A stretch of DNA of 62,636 bases, the filler included, from Asterionella formosa (Eukaryota), in assembly GCA_002256025.1 (NCBI GenBank). It is 17 parts of 17 records of this genome, joined end to end, with 100 filler letters (N's around TTAATTAATTAA, not from the genome) between each part and the next. Parts side by side here need not be neighbours in the genome. Positions count along the whole stretch, not along the records: positions 11,122 to 14,724 come from NKIB01014032.1; positions 14,825 to 18,425 come from NKIB01014033.1; positions 18,526 to 22,122 come from NKIB01014034.1; positions 22,223 to 25,818 come from NKIB01014035.1; 13 more parts are not named here. One strand, given 5' to 3'. The position numbers and the translations under genes are program-made. The notes beneath the pieces were generated by a model. The model was not told where the DNA came from. It worked only from the letters and a program-made list of their open reading frames with translations, and searched no databases. Shown here piece by piece: positions 13,589-25,918 of the stretch. Positions within the stretch are counted from its first letter, which is position 1. Each line of letters begins with the position of its first letter.

Positions 13589-13692
13589 TTGTATTTGTTG
13601 ATTTGTATAGTCGTTTACAATGATGTCAATATTGCCGCCAAGCAATGCTTTTCTTGTACTAACGCGCTTTGCTACATTTCTACTACGAGTTC
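13589..13692 (+). repeat. ~100-bp dispersed repeat, second copy at 56821-56924
   Basis: TTGTATTTGTTGATTTGTATAGTC...CCAAGCAATGCTTTTCTTGTACTAA...TCTACTACGAGTT is present in both places. Confidence 0.9.
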
Positions 13693-15352
13693 TTATCAGA
13701 AGCTACATGAATACTCAGCTAGAGAGAGTCAAAAGTGCTGGAGCTGCATGGCAATCACGCTTGCTCAGAATGGAATGATCAGGATTGCTTGTTTGATGGG
13801 CAGAGAGGAATGACTGTGGCGGAAATACTGCAACTTGTGTCAGACTACTACAGCGATGCGCATGGTTGCAGCAAGCAGACCATTTACGCTACATAACAAT
13901 GCAGGTCTACATTGGGTTGAGCTTTTTTCTTCTTCTTTTGGTCTTCGATTGTATGGTGATGGAAAGTCAATGTTACCTGTGTAAGTACTACAATGATTCA
14001 CAATGCATACATCTCCATTGGAACTCTTATTTTTTATTTCATTTCTAACCCAAAACAATTTTTTCTATTTCTCATTTGATGCTACTTATTACATCGCATT
14101 TCATACTTCGGTTGCTCCAAACATCATGTTCAATTTTCATTGATGTTGCATGTTACAATCATTCTCGTGTGTATTACGCTTGTTGTACCAGTATCATCTC
14201 TATGCATATTACCGTTATTCTTGTTGTCATGCTAAGATCTAAAAGCGGCAATTTTATTCCCGAAAAATTCGATGTGCCCCATATTGCCCTTTATAAAAAT
14301 TACTTAAGAAAGTACTTAGAGCCTAAAATTTTCTTAGAAGTACCCGAATGGCAAGACGATAGCTGGACCGGGAATTGCTGGTACAATGTATGTTCAGATT
14401 TTCCATGTAAAACAAACTAAATCGGCATGCATTTTTGCAACGACAGGCAAAGCAATTGCTGATGATGATGGGGTTATAACCCGGTTTGATGTGTGTGTAC
14501 CGGTAGTAATTATACTATGTGCTGATGTACCGGTGTACTGCGGAATATTACACAATACCTGCTACCCGTACCAGGTACCGGTAGTAACATGAAGGTTATC
14601 TTCTTGGCAAGGAAAGCCAATCGTTTTTGTCCCATGGCTGATGTTGACGATAATGTCAAACATTCTACTTTGCCGCACCCCCTGATTCATTATAGTTTAC
14701 CATTACATGAGATCTTGTTCTCCCNNNNNNNNNNNNNNNNNNNNNNNNNNNNNNNNNNNNNNNNNNNNTTAATTAATTAANNNNNNNNNNNNNNNNNNNN
14801 NNNNNNNNNNNNNNNNNNNNNNNNGATGGGGGTTTGTTCTTCCGAAATTTGTAGTTACACAGATAACACCATTGCAATGTGCGCAAAGACATTGCAAATT
14901 GCAAATGATGAACAAGTCAGGATATGAAAAGGATAGAATGAAAATGAATTATTATATAATAATAATTTGAGCGTCTCTTTCAACATGCTGTGCTGGAAAA
15001 TACAGAGTCGTGAAATTATCACTCCACCATAGTAGTAAAAATGGAGGTATACCGCTACATGTAGTACAGGCGGCACTAATAGTAATAGTAGTATAGAGCA
15101 GAATCAATGTTTTCCTATCATCTATGATATGGCTTGCATCGTAGAATTCTCACACTAACTATAATTATTATGTAACTATTAAGTATGCATTGGATTCTAT
15201 TAGATCCATTCAAAATCAACATTGTCATCAATGTCCCGTTGATTAATGCGGTCATTATAATCAATATTATTTTCAGGAACATTTGGTTGAAGTGATTCAA
15301 CAAATTGATGCATATCCTCTTAACTTACGTCGGGAAATGAGAAGTATGAGTT

Positions 15353-15941
15353 TGGGTAGATGATATTTGTGGTGGGAGTAGCAATTCCACTAGGATTCCT
15401 TCCATATTCAGATCGATTATTTTGTGAAAGTCCAGTGTAGATTTGCTTAAAATAAACGAGTAAATCATCAGTCCATTGATCAGTGAGACCATTTGAAACT
15501 GAACTTTCTTCCCTCACACTTTTTTAATAAGTGATTTCCCACCAATGTCGACAAAATCGGTAGAATGACGAATATCGCTTGTTCTCTGAAATGTCATGGG
15601 TATCTGGATTGAAACCCAAATATTTTTGTTGCAATCGGAGTGTGGGTAGATGATATTTGTTATGGAAGCAGCAAATCCACTAGAATTCCTTCCATATTCA
15701 GATCGATTCTTTTGTGAAAGTCCAGTGTAGATTTGCTTATAATAATCGAGTATTTCAATATCATCAGTCCATTGATCAGTGAGACCATTTGAAACTGAAC
15801 TTTCTTCCCTTGCTCACACTTTTTGATAAGTGGTTTCCCACCAATGTCCACAAAATCAGTAGAATGACGAATATCGTTGCTTCACTGAAATTTCCTGCGT
15901 ATCTGGATTGAAACCCAAATATTTTTGTTGCAATCGGAGTT
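15353..15941. repeat. Tandem duplication of ~290-300 bp (2 copies)
   Basis: Both units start TGGGTAGATGATATTTGT (15353, 15643) and end TTGTTGCAATCGGAGT. Confidence 0.9.
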
Positions 15942-15949
15942 TTCCTTTC

Positions 15950-17358
15950 AGCACCAAGAAGCAAAATGCTTCTGTACTGGCATTGATCAGCGAACCAACA
16001 AAACGTGTTTGCAATTCACACTGTGCCCAGAGACTTAGTTGAAATTTGGCGTGGTCACACCAGATTTGTCTCCTGTTAAAAATGGTTCTCCACGGCTTGT
16101 CCTGCCTATAAAATACACCGGAGCAAGAACATCACGCCAGACTTGGTATCCATGGCTTCCCCTGTCAATGTCCTTTGACTGCGCAAAACGATAAAGCGTG
16201 AACGCCCACCTAATAAAGTCATCAATAGCTATCCATAGTCTGGAAGTTATATTCTGTTAGACCAGCTGGTGTGTCATGAATTATGTTAGCATTTTTAAAT
16301 TGAAACATATTTGATAAGAATATAATCACCGACTCAAAACATCATGCTTTCGTAGCATCTCCCTGCAAGAACATACCTAAGATTCCTTTAAATTGATTAT
16401 TCAATACATTCTGACATTCTCTCAACTTTTTAATGCACATGTCACCAAATTTTAATTTGATGTAATCTAAACGTGCCTTGTTGGTACATTCAATGGTCTG
16501 ATTCATTGGAAGTAGTAGTGCATCAGAACCATTCCATGTGAAATCGGCAAGCTCTGGGTCACTCTCCACTTCGGTTTCACTGTGTATAGCCGAGTTAGGC
16601 AAAATTCGGCAAACCAATCCTGTTTGTGATTGGAAATGCCTTTCATACTACGTGGACCAGGTAAAATTCACGAACTATAACATCAAACTTACATGTTCAC
16701 AGCAAAACTTCTTGGTCTTGAAAATAAAACTCACAACCTTTGTGACAATTGATGGTTCAATTTTAGCTAAGCGAGAACAACGTTCTGATAAGGCTGCTGA
16801 AATTGAAGATTCTTGATAACCTCGTATGGACGAGTTTTGAACCGAATTACGACCTTTCTAGTGATTTAGTTCATTGAACAATTGATAATATCCTTTGGCA
16901 AGTGCAAAGTGTTTTTCCCTCAGTTTGTCATTTACTTGTTGGTCCGTGCGATTAGAAAATATATGATATGGTACCATGTCGTCCATCTGCATCTGGGAGT
17001 TATTAATGGTATCATCGACAGGAGCCATTTTTCTTGTATCAACAACTGAAAAAGAAACGTCATCATCGCTTTCAGTATCAATTACGGGAGCCTTTGTACT
17101 AGTAGCTGATGGTGTCCCCATCGACGATGGGGTATTACCCCCAACGTTTCCCAATCGCCGATTGGGTTGCTTTGGATAATTGCCTATTCTTTTTTTCTTT
17201 GTAAACTCATTTTGGAACTTGCTTTTTTTCCATACCGGCAGTATTTGCCACATGTCGCTTGTTTCCATGAACCTCTTTATGGTTTCTTGAAGACATTGTA
17301 CTACTTGATAACTGTTGTCGTTGTCTTGTTCCTTACAGTTCGATGATCTTGAATTCAT
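15950..17358 (-). pseudogene. Degenerate long ORF of unknown family
   Basis: ORF pieces 16858-17358 and 16342-16617 plus a further open stretch near 16040-16245 (RLWIAIDDFIRWAFTLYRF...). They are separated by stops and frameshifts, and no domain was recognised. Confidence 0.35.
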
Positions 17359-17618
17359 TTACTGTCCCGCTGCAGTAGCAGCAGTCAAAGACATATGGTG
17401 TTCTGTTGCTTGCTTATTACTCCGACTATTGGTTTTTAGTTTTACGATCATGTGATCCTAAAACTATGATGATTTACTGTCCCACTGCAGTAGCAACAGT
17501 CCTGAACATATGGTGTTCTATTGCTTTTTAGTTTTACGATCATACGATCCTAAAACTATGATGATTTACTGTCCCACTGCAGTAGCAACAGTCCTGAACA
17601 TATGGTGTTCTGTTGCTA
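17357..17618. repeat. Three-copy tandem repeat (~92-115 bp) with internal hairpins
   Basis: ATTTACTGTCCC(G/A)CTGCAGTAGCA...ACATATGGTGTTCT occurs three times. The spacers contain the inverted repeat TAGTTTTACGATC-N4-GATCCTAAAACTA. Confidence 0.9.
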
Positions 17619-20600
17619 GGTTACCACTCTGACTACCCCCAGTATATCACTTACTACCTACTACTGGTACTCTGTATATATATATGATATATTGTTATTG
17701 TCATATGATGTACCGGTGCACATGAAGAGCTCCCGCCCAAAAAAGGTGCTTAAACAATTTGCTACCAAAACCCTTACGGTTATGACTTACACCAATTGAA
17801 TGGTCTAAATAAATAGTTTCAACGGACGTAGAAAATATCGATGCAAACAAATTTCAGAAATAATACCGGTACACATAGTCGTGGAAAACAATGGATCATT
17901 CCTTCTCATTGTTACTGTAACTGCATGCATAGGAAAATAAAACCAATCAAACGGAATAGCCGGCGAGCTCACAATGACACTAACAGCAGGGATAGAGACA
18001 CAACATTAGTAAGGCATTGCTTCGCACAAGATTCAGAAAAGAGGAAGAAAAGGGTGAGACAGGAACAATATACGTTGAGCCGAGTAGAGCGAGAGAGAAA
18101 CGTTGGGTTGCTGGCATGTAGATTAATAGATAGCATTGCTTAATGTGATAGTTAAATTACGATCCATTTCAATCTATTTTGAACAATGCAAGTGATTAGA
18201 ATTATGATCATGTTCACAATAGATTTACGATGAAACAATTCACATGATAGCATAGAGTTGAGCTGGTTTTAGGATATGTTGTAGTTATAATTTACATTGG
18301 GCGATCACGAGAAGTGAAAATAATATGAGAAGGTTTATGATATTGATGGGATTTGTTGTTGATCAGTTTATATACATTGTGTGATGATAATGTTCTTATT
18401 ATCATTATACTTCAAGGTCGGTAAANNNNNNNNNNNNNNNNNNNNNNNNNNNNNNNNNNNNNNNNNNNNTTAATTAATTAANNNNNNNNNNNNNNNNNNN
18501 NNNNNNNNNNNNNNNNNNNNNNNNNTTTTTCTAAAATGATTTGTTCTTTGTTTCTCAGAGTTGAGGTTCCTCATTTATCCTTCAGGTGAAGCAAACTAGA
18601 GTTCATCTCCTTCTTTGTCACATGTATATCCATCTAGCCTGGGTAGTTTCTACTAAGGCCTACATCTCACTGGAATAAATACGTATTTCAGGTAGATTAA
18701 TGGGATGCATTGCTTATTCCTCAATCTTGCTTGTCAACGTGACTGTTTAGACTCTTCAGTCGCTCACAGTGTTTTTCTTGGTTAGGTGAACCTGTTAGGT
18801 GAACCAAGGACAACCCTGTCAGCATCTAATCTAATAGTTGCTATCAGTAATCTCTATTTGCTTCATCGATTTCACCCTTCGAAATTGTGCTTAAGAAATA
18901 CCTTAAGGTTAACTGATTAAGCTATAGGATATGCTATTTTCACATTCTAATGACCTATTCAAGAATCAGGAATCTCCTTTGCGTTTTACCTACTACAGAA
19001 ACATGATTTAATTTTTATTGGTCTGCCTAATACCAATAGCTACTTTTGAGATACCATTACCGGTAGACTACATATTAATATACAGATGAGATACATATAT
19101 ATAATGGCAGCATGATAGACTACCAGTACTGTTTATATATTAGTTTTGATGATAGTAAGGTGAATATTGTATATATATATATATATGAATATATGGTATT
19201 TGCTTATACTTGTAGGATATTTAATGCTCCTTTGAAATAGGTTATTGACATTCATAGATGTAAATAACACATAAATTTTGAAGAATTGGAAATTTTGATA
19301 AATGATTGTGAAATTGAAGTACATCTATTTCACACAACCTGATGATGAAGTGAAGATCGACAGCCTTCTATCTAACTAACCTGAAAGCTCAGGCAAGAAT
19401 GAGGATTGATACCCTGTCACCTATCAATCAACCATGAAAGGAGATGTAAGCTATATGCTCTTTGCATCTATCATTAATGATAGATGTGTACTCCAAATGA
19501 ATTCGACATTCTTAATAATATCTCTCGTCCCTAGTACATGCAGATGCGAGAATGAGGATTGATGCCCGGGAAGTGTAAATCCTACTAGGTGAAGTTGAAG
19601 GGCATCCAGCAGGATTCTAATGAGAACACTGACATTATTTTCTGCATTGAGATGACCCAACAAATAAGTGAAGTGTGCGTGTTGTCCCCTGACACACCTA
19701 AAGTTCCGGAAGGTTGAAGCCACTGTAGTAACAGGAGCCGAAAATCAAAGCTCTAGAAGTAGTGTTTGCTATTCCCATATGCGATCGAAAAGTGCCAGTA
19801 TCATAGGCTTTTTGAAGTTGGAGGCACTTGTCTCTTGTGAATGCAAGGGGACAGTCGATGGCAGGATGTCACATTGCGCTGAAGGCTGTATAGACTGCTG
19901 TGCGTGTTGAAGGGGATTTAGCAATATTTGTTGCCCATAGTGCATGTGATGATGGATGTCCACCCCAAACGTAGTAAGGAAAAGCACCAAATATGCAATG
20001 AAAAGTGCAACATCTCTACAGAATAGAGTAATAATTGGATCATTAGAACATCGAATGCTCACTTTAGTACTTAATTATCTGGTGGTTTACAACTGAGAAA
20101 ACCAATCCGTGTGAACATTCTTCTGACCCTGTTGTCTCATTGGCACAGTTGGAGATAATCGACACAAAGTAAAATAATTGCGAAGAGTCTATGTACAATA
20201 TACCACATGCAACAATGCCTGTTGTCAAAAAAATTCCAGTGTTTCACGTTCTTTATTAACTAAAACTTGTCTTGCTAGTTTCCCTGAGTTTTTTGAGAGG
20301 CTTGTGAATAAAACCCTACAGTACTTTTAAGACGACTAGTATGTAGTAATCATCAGTCAACATTGATTTGATACCCCTAAAAATCAATTGACATGGCAAA
20401 GCTAGTGACTCTCAAACGACCATTGCGGTAACTTTTTTCAAGACCATTACAAATCTAAAAACAACCTTTTGAGGCAACAGGCCTGTGTATTTGGTTTCAT
20501 TGGAGACTTGGTATGAATGTTACAGTAAACAGTTGAATTTGTCTATAAAAAATAGGAACCGTACTGTTGGACCAGAATTTACTAGCTTCGTTGCATATTT

Positions 20601-20767
20601 TCATGAATCATGGGTATGATGGTATGTCAAATTGGGTAAAGCTGTACTATGATGCATATCTATTCGAAAATCAATCAATTGAATCAAATCGCCATTGAAG
20701 CTATAACGTAAAGGAGCAGTATTATGCTAATAATGAATTTCTTAATGAAGTCATAGATGCAATTATC

Positions 20768-21066
20768 ATTATACCTTATGTTGATTCTTGGCAGTGAGAT
20801 CTTCTGGTACCATTGTGCTTGTGGGTTGTTGTGGGCGCTTGCTTGCGTGTTGTGAAAACAGTCTTATTCTTGATTTAGTAGATGCCATTGCTGTTGCGGC
20901 TCTCATTATGCCTTGTGCTGGTTCTTGGCAGTGAGATCTTCCAATATCATTGTCACTACTACAGTGCTTGCGTGATTGTTGGTTGTTGTTTGTTGTGGGC
21001 GCTTGTGTGTGCGTACTGAAAATAGTCTTGTTCTTGATTTTGTAGACGTCATTTGTTGCTGTTGAG
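20768..21066. repeat. Diverged two-copy tandem duplication (~135-160 bp)
   Basis: TTCTTGGCAGTGAGATCTTC...TTGTTGTGGGCGCTTG...TGAAAA(C/T)AGTCTT...TTGCTGTTG occurs twice. Confidence 0.8.
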
Positions 21067-21370
21067 ATGATTGATTTATGATAGTATTTGATGCTTTGGG
21101 TGACATTTCCAATGAGGCAAAATAGTAGCACTCAGCCATGGCAAAACATTGATGTACTTCGAGGTCAACAGCACTGTGGGAAAGCGGAGCAAAACATCCC
21201 AGTTGACAGTAGAGTAATTGCCATTTGAATCAAGGTCATCATTGTGACAATCCATTGCATATTTGTAGCTTGATTGTGAAGAAACCACTTTACATGCTTT
21301 TTCTACGTCAAAACATACCAGATCTAAAAGTCCGAAAAAATATATATTGTTACTTCATGATTTTCAACAT

Positions 21371-21475
21371 CTTCATCTCTCAGCCAATCCTAGTAGTCAC
21401 ATTTCAGACTTAAGCTTGCCACATATACAATAGCTTGAGTTTGAAATGTGACCAGGATTGGCCGGGAAATGAAGG
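21371..21475 (+). repeat. Long imperfect inverted repeat (hairpin)
   Basis: CTTCAT...GCCAATCCT(AGTA)GTCACATTTCAGACTTAAGCT pairs with AGCTTGAGTTTGAAATGTGACCAGGATTGGC...ATGAAG around a ~15-nt loop. Confidence 0.85.
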
Positions 21476-22222
21476 AAATCGATTCCCAATCAACCCCTCA
21501 TTTCCTTTGTCTCGATTAATATTAATTTAGCTTTAAACAATGAAAAGGATTTAGAATTCTTTTTACCACCAAAATCAATTGCCCTTTTAGTCGCATCTAC
21601 CTTTTGAAAGCAAAACATGTTGCATATGACTGGTACAGCAAACATGTATCTATGACGTAGACCAACCTGGTTGACTTCTCTGGTCACCTTCAGGTACCGG
21701 TATTCATCTATTTGTAGTCTACGAACCGGTATGATAGGGACATGGTAATATTGCAACATTGATAATAATATGGTCAATGCGTACAGAGCTAGTACCAGGT
21801 ACCTATAATCAGCCTTCCATGGGCCCTTGCACCAAAACACATTTTACCAATACTCTGCACGATCGAACATTATATTTGTATAGTTCTAACACTCCGGGTA
21901 CAACACTGTGCGACACAGTACTATTTATAGGGAGACCTGAGGTAGAGAAAAGGATAAGCAATTACATGTAGGTTTGTTTACCCCGTGAAATCAATCAATA
22001 GACTACTCTAGAATGGCAAGCCCCGCCAAGGACGCATCTCCCAAAACCGCCGTCAAAACTCCTTTTGTACCAATCCATACCAATACAGCTCCTGTCATTT
22101 GGGTCACCCATGGTTGTGCGTTNNNNNNNNNNNNNNNNNNNNNNNNNNNNNNNNNNNNNNNNNNNNTTAATTAATTAANNNNNNNNNNNNNNNNNNNNNN
22201 NNNNNNNNNNNNNNNNNNNNNN

Positions 22223-23640
22223 CATTAATGGCTAGGTAATTTTTAAACTTGGGAAAGTTTTCAAGCACAAGATCAAAAAATTTACAGACTTGCAGGGATG
22301 TGATTTCTTCTCTCTGGAGTGCTACTGTCGTGACTTGACTGAACTTTATCATGTGCTGGAATGCCATTTGCAACTCCCTCACTTCCACACAAGATAGCAT
22401 GTGAGAAGCAAGTGCCTCTAGTACCCTGTCAAAGTGTAACATTATCTCAATGAAACATTTGAGCATGTTATACTGGGATGACCATTTTTTCACTTTTTGG
22501 CCGTGTACACAGGCGAGTCTAAGAAAGACTACTACAGTACTACAGCGCTGATCACAGAAGATAAGTGGTACGTAAGCAAGCTACAGGGACCTCCAGGTCC
22601 AGATAGCTAATAAATCCTAAAAACGATCGATTCACCATGACGAAAGGCGCTAGCCAAGCGGCCAACCAGGCAAAGAAAGAACAACTCATAGATGTGGGAC
22701 AGAACCATAAGATAGTAATGAAATCCGACAGAAAGAGATTCAGAAAAAGGAGGAGATGGAAAAGCAAACAAAGATTAACGCAGGAGCGGTGAAACCACCA
22801 AATGCATGGATGTCGAAATGGCGTTTTCTACAAAGAACACTACTCACAGTTGGGGAATTCACAGCAATGGAATCAACACAACGCAAACAGAAGAAGAACC
22901 AGCAAAGACAGTAGAAAAAGAAAAAAAGAAGAAGTTTAACACCTTTTTCACTATAGTGAGTGCTATTACAGCAGTGCAAGAAACAGAAGAATACAAGAAT
23001 GGCGTTATGCCAAACATAAACAAGAATAAAGAAGAAGACAGAGAAATGAAGAAGTCACTGATGAAGAAATTGCGCTAGAGCTGGATGCACTGCTCAAAGC
23101 AATAATTTTTGTGATAACGACGACAAAGACAAAAAAATGAGTTGGAAGCCCTGGAATCACCAATTATTGTGGAGACTTCAAATTGAATCACCAGAAATGG
23201 GACCAAAATGGAGATCTTTAACTCAATCCACAGACATCATCCCATTCTCCGGCTGACACGAGAAGTGCACTCATAGAGAACTGAACCAAGAACAAAGCTA
23301 CCACATTTTTAACTACTTCCATATGAGGAAGTGACTACCCACCAAACATTTCCACAACCCCACCTTATATGGGCCATGGAGCGCAATGACGGCAACTCTA
23401 GAAATAGAATAGTAAGAATGCGCTATAAAAATGATTAATAAATGGGATGACCATCTTGTCACGTATTCTGTGATGGTCACAAGTGGAGTGTATTGTCTTG
23501 GAGCAGCAGAGTTTTTGAGTGTTCCTGTATTCTTCATAAAAATTCTTAGAATCATAATAAATCAAAGAAGATGGGGTTGTTCCATCACCCAATTCTTGAT
23601 TGCTAGGTTAAGCTTGTGCAAACAACACACATTGGTAGCA
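22223..23640 (-). mobile_element. Degenerate hAT transposase interrupted by a 957-bp insertion
   Basis: CCLHKLNLAI (CxxH motif) and TLKNSAAPRQYTPL...VTRWSS at about 23443-23630. The reading resumes at 22485 with WSSQYNML...FSQVTTVALQ...FFDLVLENFP...YL. Confidence 0.75.
22486..23442 (+). mobile_element. 957-bp insertion with a 12-bp target-site duplication; probable non-autonomous non-LTR retroelement
   Basis: TGGGATGACCAT at 22474-22485 and 23443-23454. No TIRs or LTRs. A-rich + strand with a decayed Lys/Glu-rich ORF starting MTKGASQAANQAKKEQ, ending in ATTAATAAA. Confidence 0.7.
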
Positions 23641-23719
23641 GAGTCAGAACACTGTTCAAAAATGACATGATATCATTGATCCTAAATTTCTGGCCAAAAC
23701 TCAGCAGGTTAAGGTGGGC

Positions 23720-24645
23720 TCTTATTACTTTGTTGCATGGACGATTTATTGCCATTTGCTGATAATGACTGAGAGACACCAGATGCAATACCCTGCTGTA
23801 TCTGTCGTTCTTGCTGGAGTCGGCGACATTCTAGCCTGCTCCTCATCTTCTGATTGTAACTCACTGTCTTTCCTGCTGGAGTCGGCGACATTCTAGCAGC
23901 CTTGGAGAATTTGTGACATCCTTACCGATTGCTCTCCTTTGACTGGAAGAGTATAAAGACATTGTCGCAATCTAAAACAGTTGACAATATATGTACATAT
24001 ATATACCCAGGAGGCTGAAACTCAGATGTTCATGGAGCAACTCTTCTCAGTACTTGCGCCAAATTCACATGCCAAAAAGACATCACATTAGCGTATGGAT
24101 TGCAACATAGATGAGCAAGGCCATTAATTTGGTATTCCTCTCTCCTCCGACTCCTCCTCCATGGAGGCCTGGCTTGCTATATACAAAGTCGGGAAACACC
24201 GTCTACTCTTACTACTTTGTTGCCAGGACCATCGCCGCCAGGGTACCATTTGCCAATTTCTCAGTACATAACAATGCTCCTTGATGAATAACTTCCCCCA
24301 TCTAGTTTCCTCATTCATACAGGTTCGACCCAAAGAACTCCACAATAGTTGAGGCTCATAAATGTGTACTTTAAAATTTTATTACCAACTATACCCTGGA
24401 GGCTGATGCATATCTGTATATGCTTACCTATTTTGAGAAGAGCAAGCCATTTTGAGTATGAGCAAGCAAGTCATGAAATATTCTGGGAAATTATGTGAAG
24501 TCGTACATGAATAAACATATTTTTATATATTGCACAGTCACTTCTAACTGTAAAATTGTCAACACAAATTTGGGTTTATGAGTACAACAATTTGTTATAC
24601 TAATAAAAATGCAATATTATTTTTTTAATTTCGAAGCACACCCAT
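23720..24645 (-). mobile_element. 5' end of a DNA-transposon family also present at about 30970-31573 and 31708-31800
   Basis: Shared terminus on the minus strand, TGGG(C/T)G...CTTC(G/A)AAATTAAAAAA. 24425-24645 aligns with 31357-31573. Homologous ORF starts read SPRLLECRRLQQE and SPRLRERRRLEQE. Superfamily not determined. Confidence 0.7.
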
Positions 24646-24862
24646 TATGCAATACATATACTATGAATATCACAGTACTCCCACTATTCACAAATAGGGT
24701 CCTTCTCCTAGGACTGTAGGATTGAAACAACCTACAACTCAAAACTGTTCAACAAAAAAAAACCATTATGATCAACATTCCCTGGCTCAGGAGATAGTGA
24801 CTTGCCTAGTCTTGCAAGGACCACATGGATGACAGTGCAATATTAGTTTGAAACGCCATCAG

Positions 24863-25816
24863 TCATTTCAGTTCCAATAGATCACGAATCTTTTGTTTCA
24901 GTTTACCTCCACCAATAGTATCATTCATGGAATAATATTCTTCAATTGTGACCATTCCATTTGCTAGTATGGGTTCTGCCATGACTTCTTTGTAGGCTGT
25001 TTCATTTGCTTCTAAATAGCGAACTCGCTCCAAGGCTAGCTCAGGTTGTGCAACATGATAGTAAATGAAGGACTTGGCATTAAAGATCTTAAAAACATCC
25101 AAAGTGCCCCAATAGATGGGAATGCATCCACCTAAAAAAGCCATTTGAATCTTTTCCGACACATACCCATTCATTTTTGTATTTTCCAAAACAAGGCAAA
25201 ATCTGTAGTGTTTGAATGCCTTAAAATTATATAGAAATCCATCACGTTTGCCTAAAGTATCAACCTTGGTAACATTGGCATATTTTTTAGTGGGACATTT
25301 TCCGCCTTGATGTACTGGCTTTATTTTGGACAATTGGAGGAAGGCCTTGTCGCGATGGGGATGACAATTGTTTGCAACATATATTAAGAAATGCTCCTTC
25401 GTTGAAACGGCTTTCAACTTGGGATCCAATATCGTTTCTCGTACTCCATTGTCATAATATACCATATATAACAATCGAGAAATGGGAAACAGCTGCATCT
25501 GATGTGGTTTCGAAAGGTTCTCGCTGATAACGAGTTGATAGGTTGTTTCGCTGGCAAGATCAATTGAGTCGGGCTCCCCAGTAGCATAGAGAATTTTGCC
25601 TGGAAAGTTACGTTCAGTACCGTTTTTGCATGGGCCATGAACAGAGTGGATCAATAAATCACCCGAGGTTGGGGTTGACACACTCCAGTTCAACTCTTGC
25701 TTGTGACCATACTCCGGAAAAACATGCCCTTCCCAACCAGAAGGATTCCAACCACAAAAATAAAGAGTTCTCTTGCCTTCAACCTGCTTCTCCTTCTTGG
25801 TTTCAGTGTACTTCCA
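24863..25816 (-). CDS. Alpha-1,3/4-fucosyltransferase (GT10), 5'-truncated at the contig edge
   Basis: GT10 signature YRFCLVLENTKMNGYVSEKIQMAFLGGCIPIYWG. The frame stays open from the stop up to the contig end at 25818. Confidence 0.92.
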   Translation of the reverse strand, partial: WKYTETKKEKQVEGKRTLYFCGWNPSGWEGHVFPEYGHKQELNWSVSTPTSGDLLIHSVHGPCKNGTERNFPGKILYATGEPDSIDLASETTYQLVISENLSKPHQMQLFPISRLLYMVYYDNGVRETILDPKLKAVSTKEHFLIYVANNCHPHRDKAFLQLSKIKPVHQGGKCPTKKYANVTKVDTLGKRDGFLYNFKAFKHYRFCLVLENTKMNGYVSEKIQMAFLGGCIPIYWGTLDVFKIFNAKSFIYYHVAQPELALERVRYLEANETAYKEVMAEPILANGMVTIEEYYSMNDTIGGGKLKQKIRDLLELK

Positions 25817-25918
25817 AANNNNNNNNNNNNNNNNNNNNNNNNNNNNNNNNNNNNNNNNNNNNTTAATTAATTAANNNNNNNNNNNNNNNNNNNNNNNNNN
25901 NNNNNNNNNNNNNNNNNN

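Noticed and set aside
17357..17618. CRISPR-like array or hammerhead ribozyme
   Set aside because: The spacers are themselves repeated, there are no cas genes, the context is eukaryotic, and no CUGAUGA/GAAA core lies in a valid arrangement.
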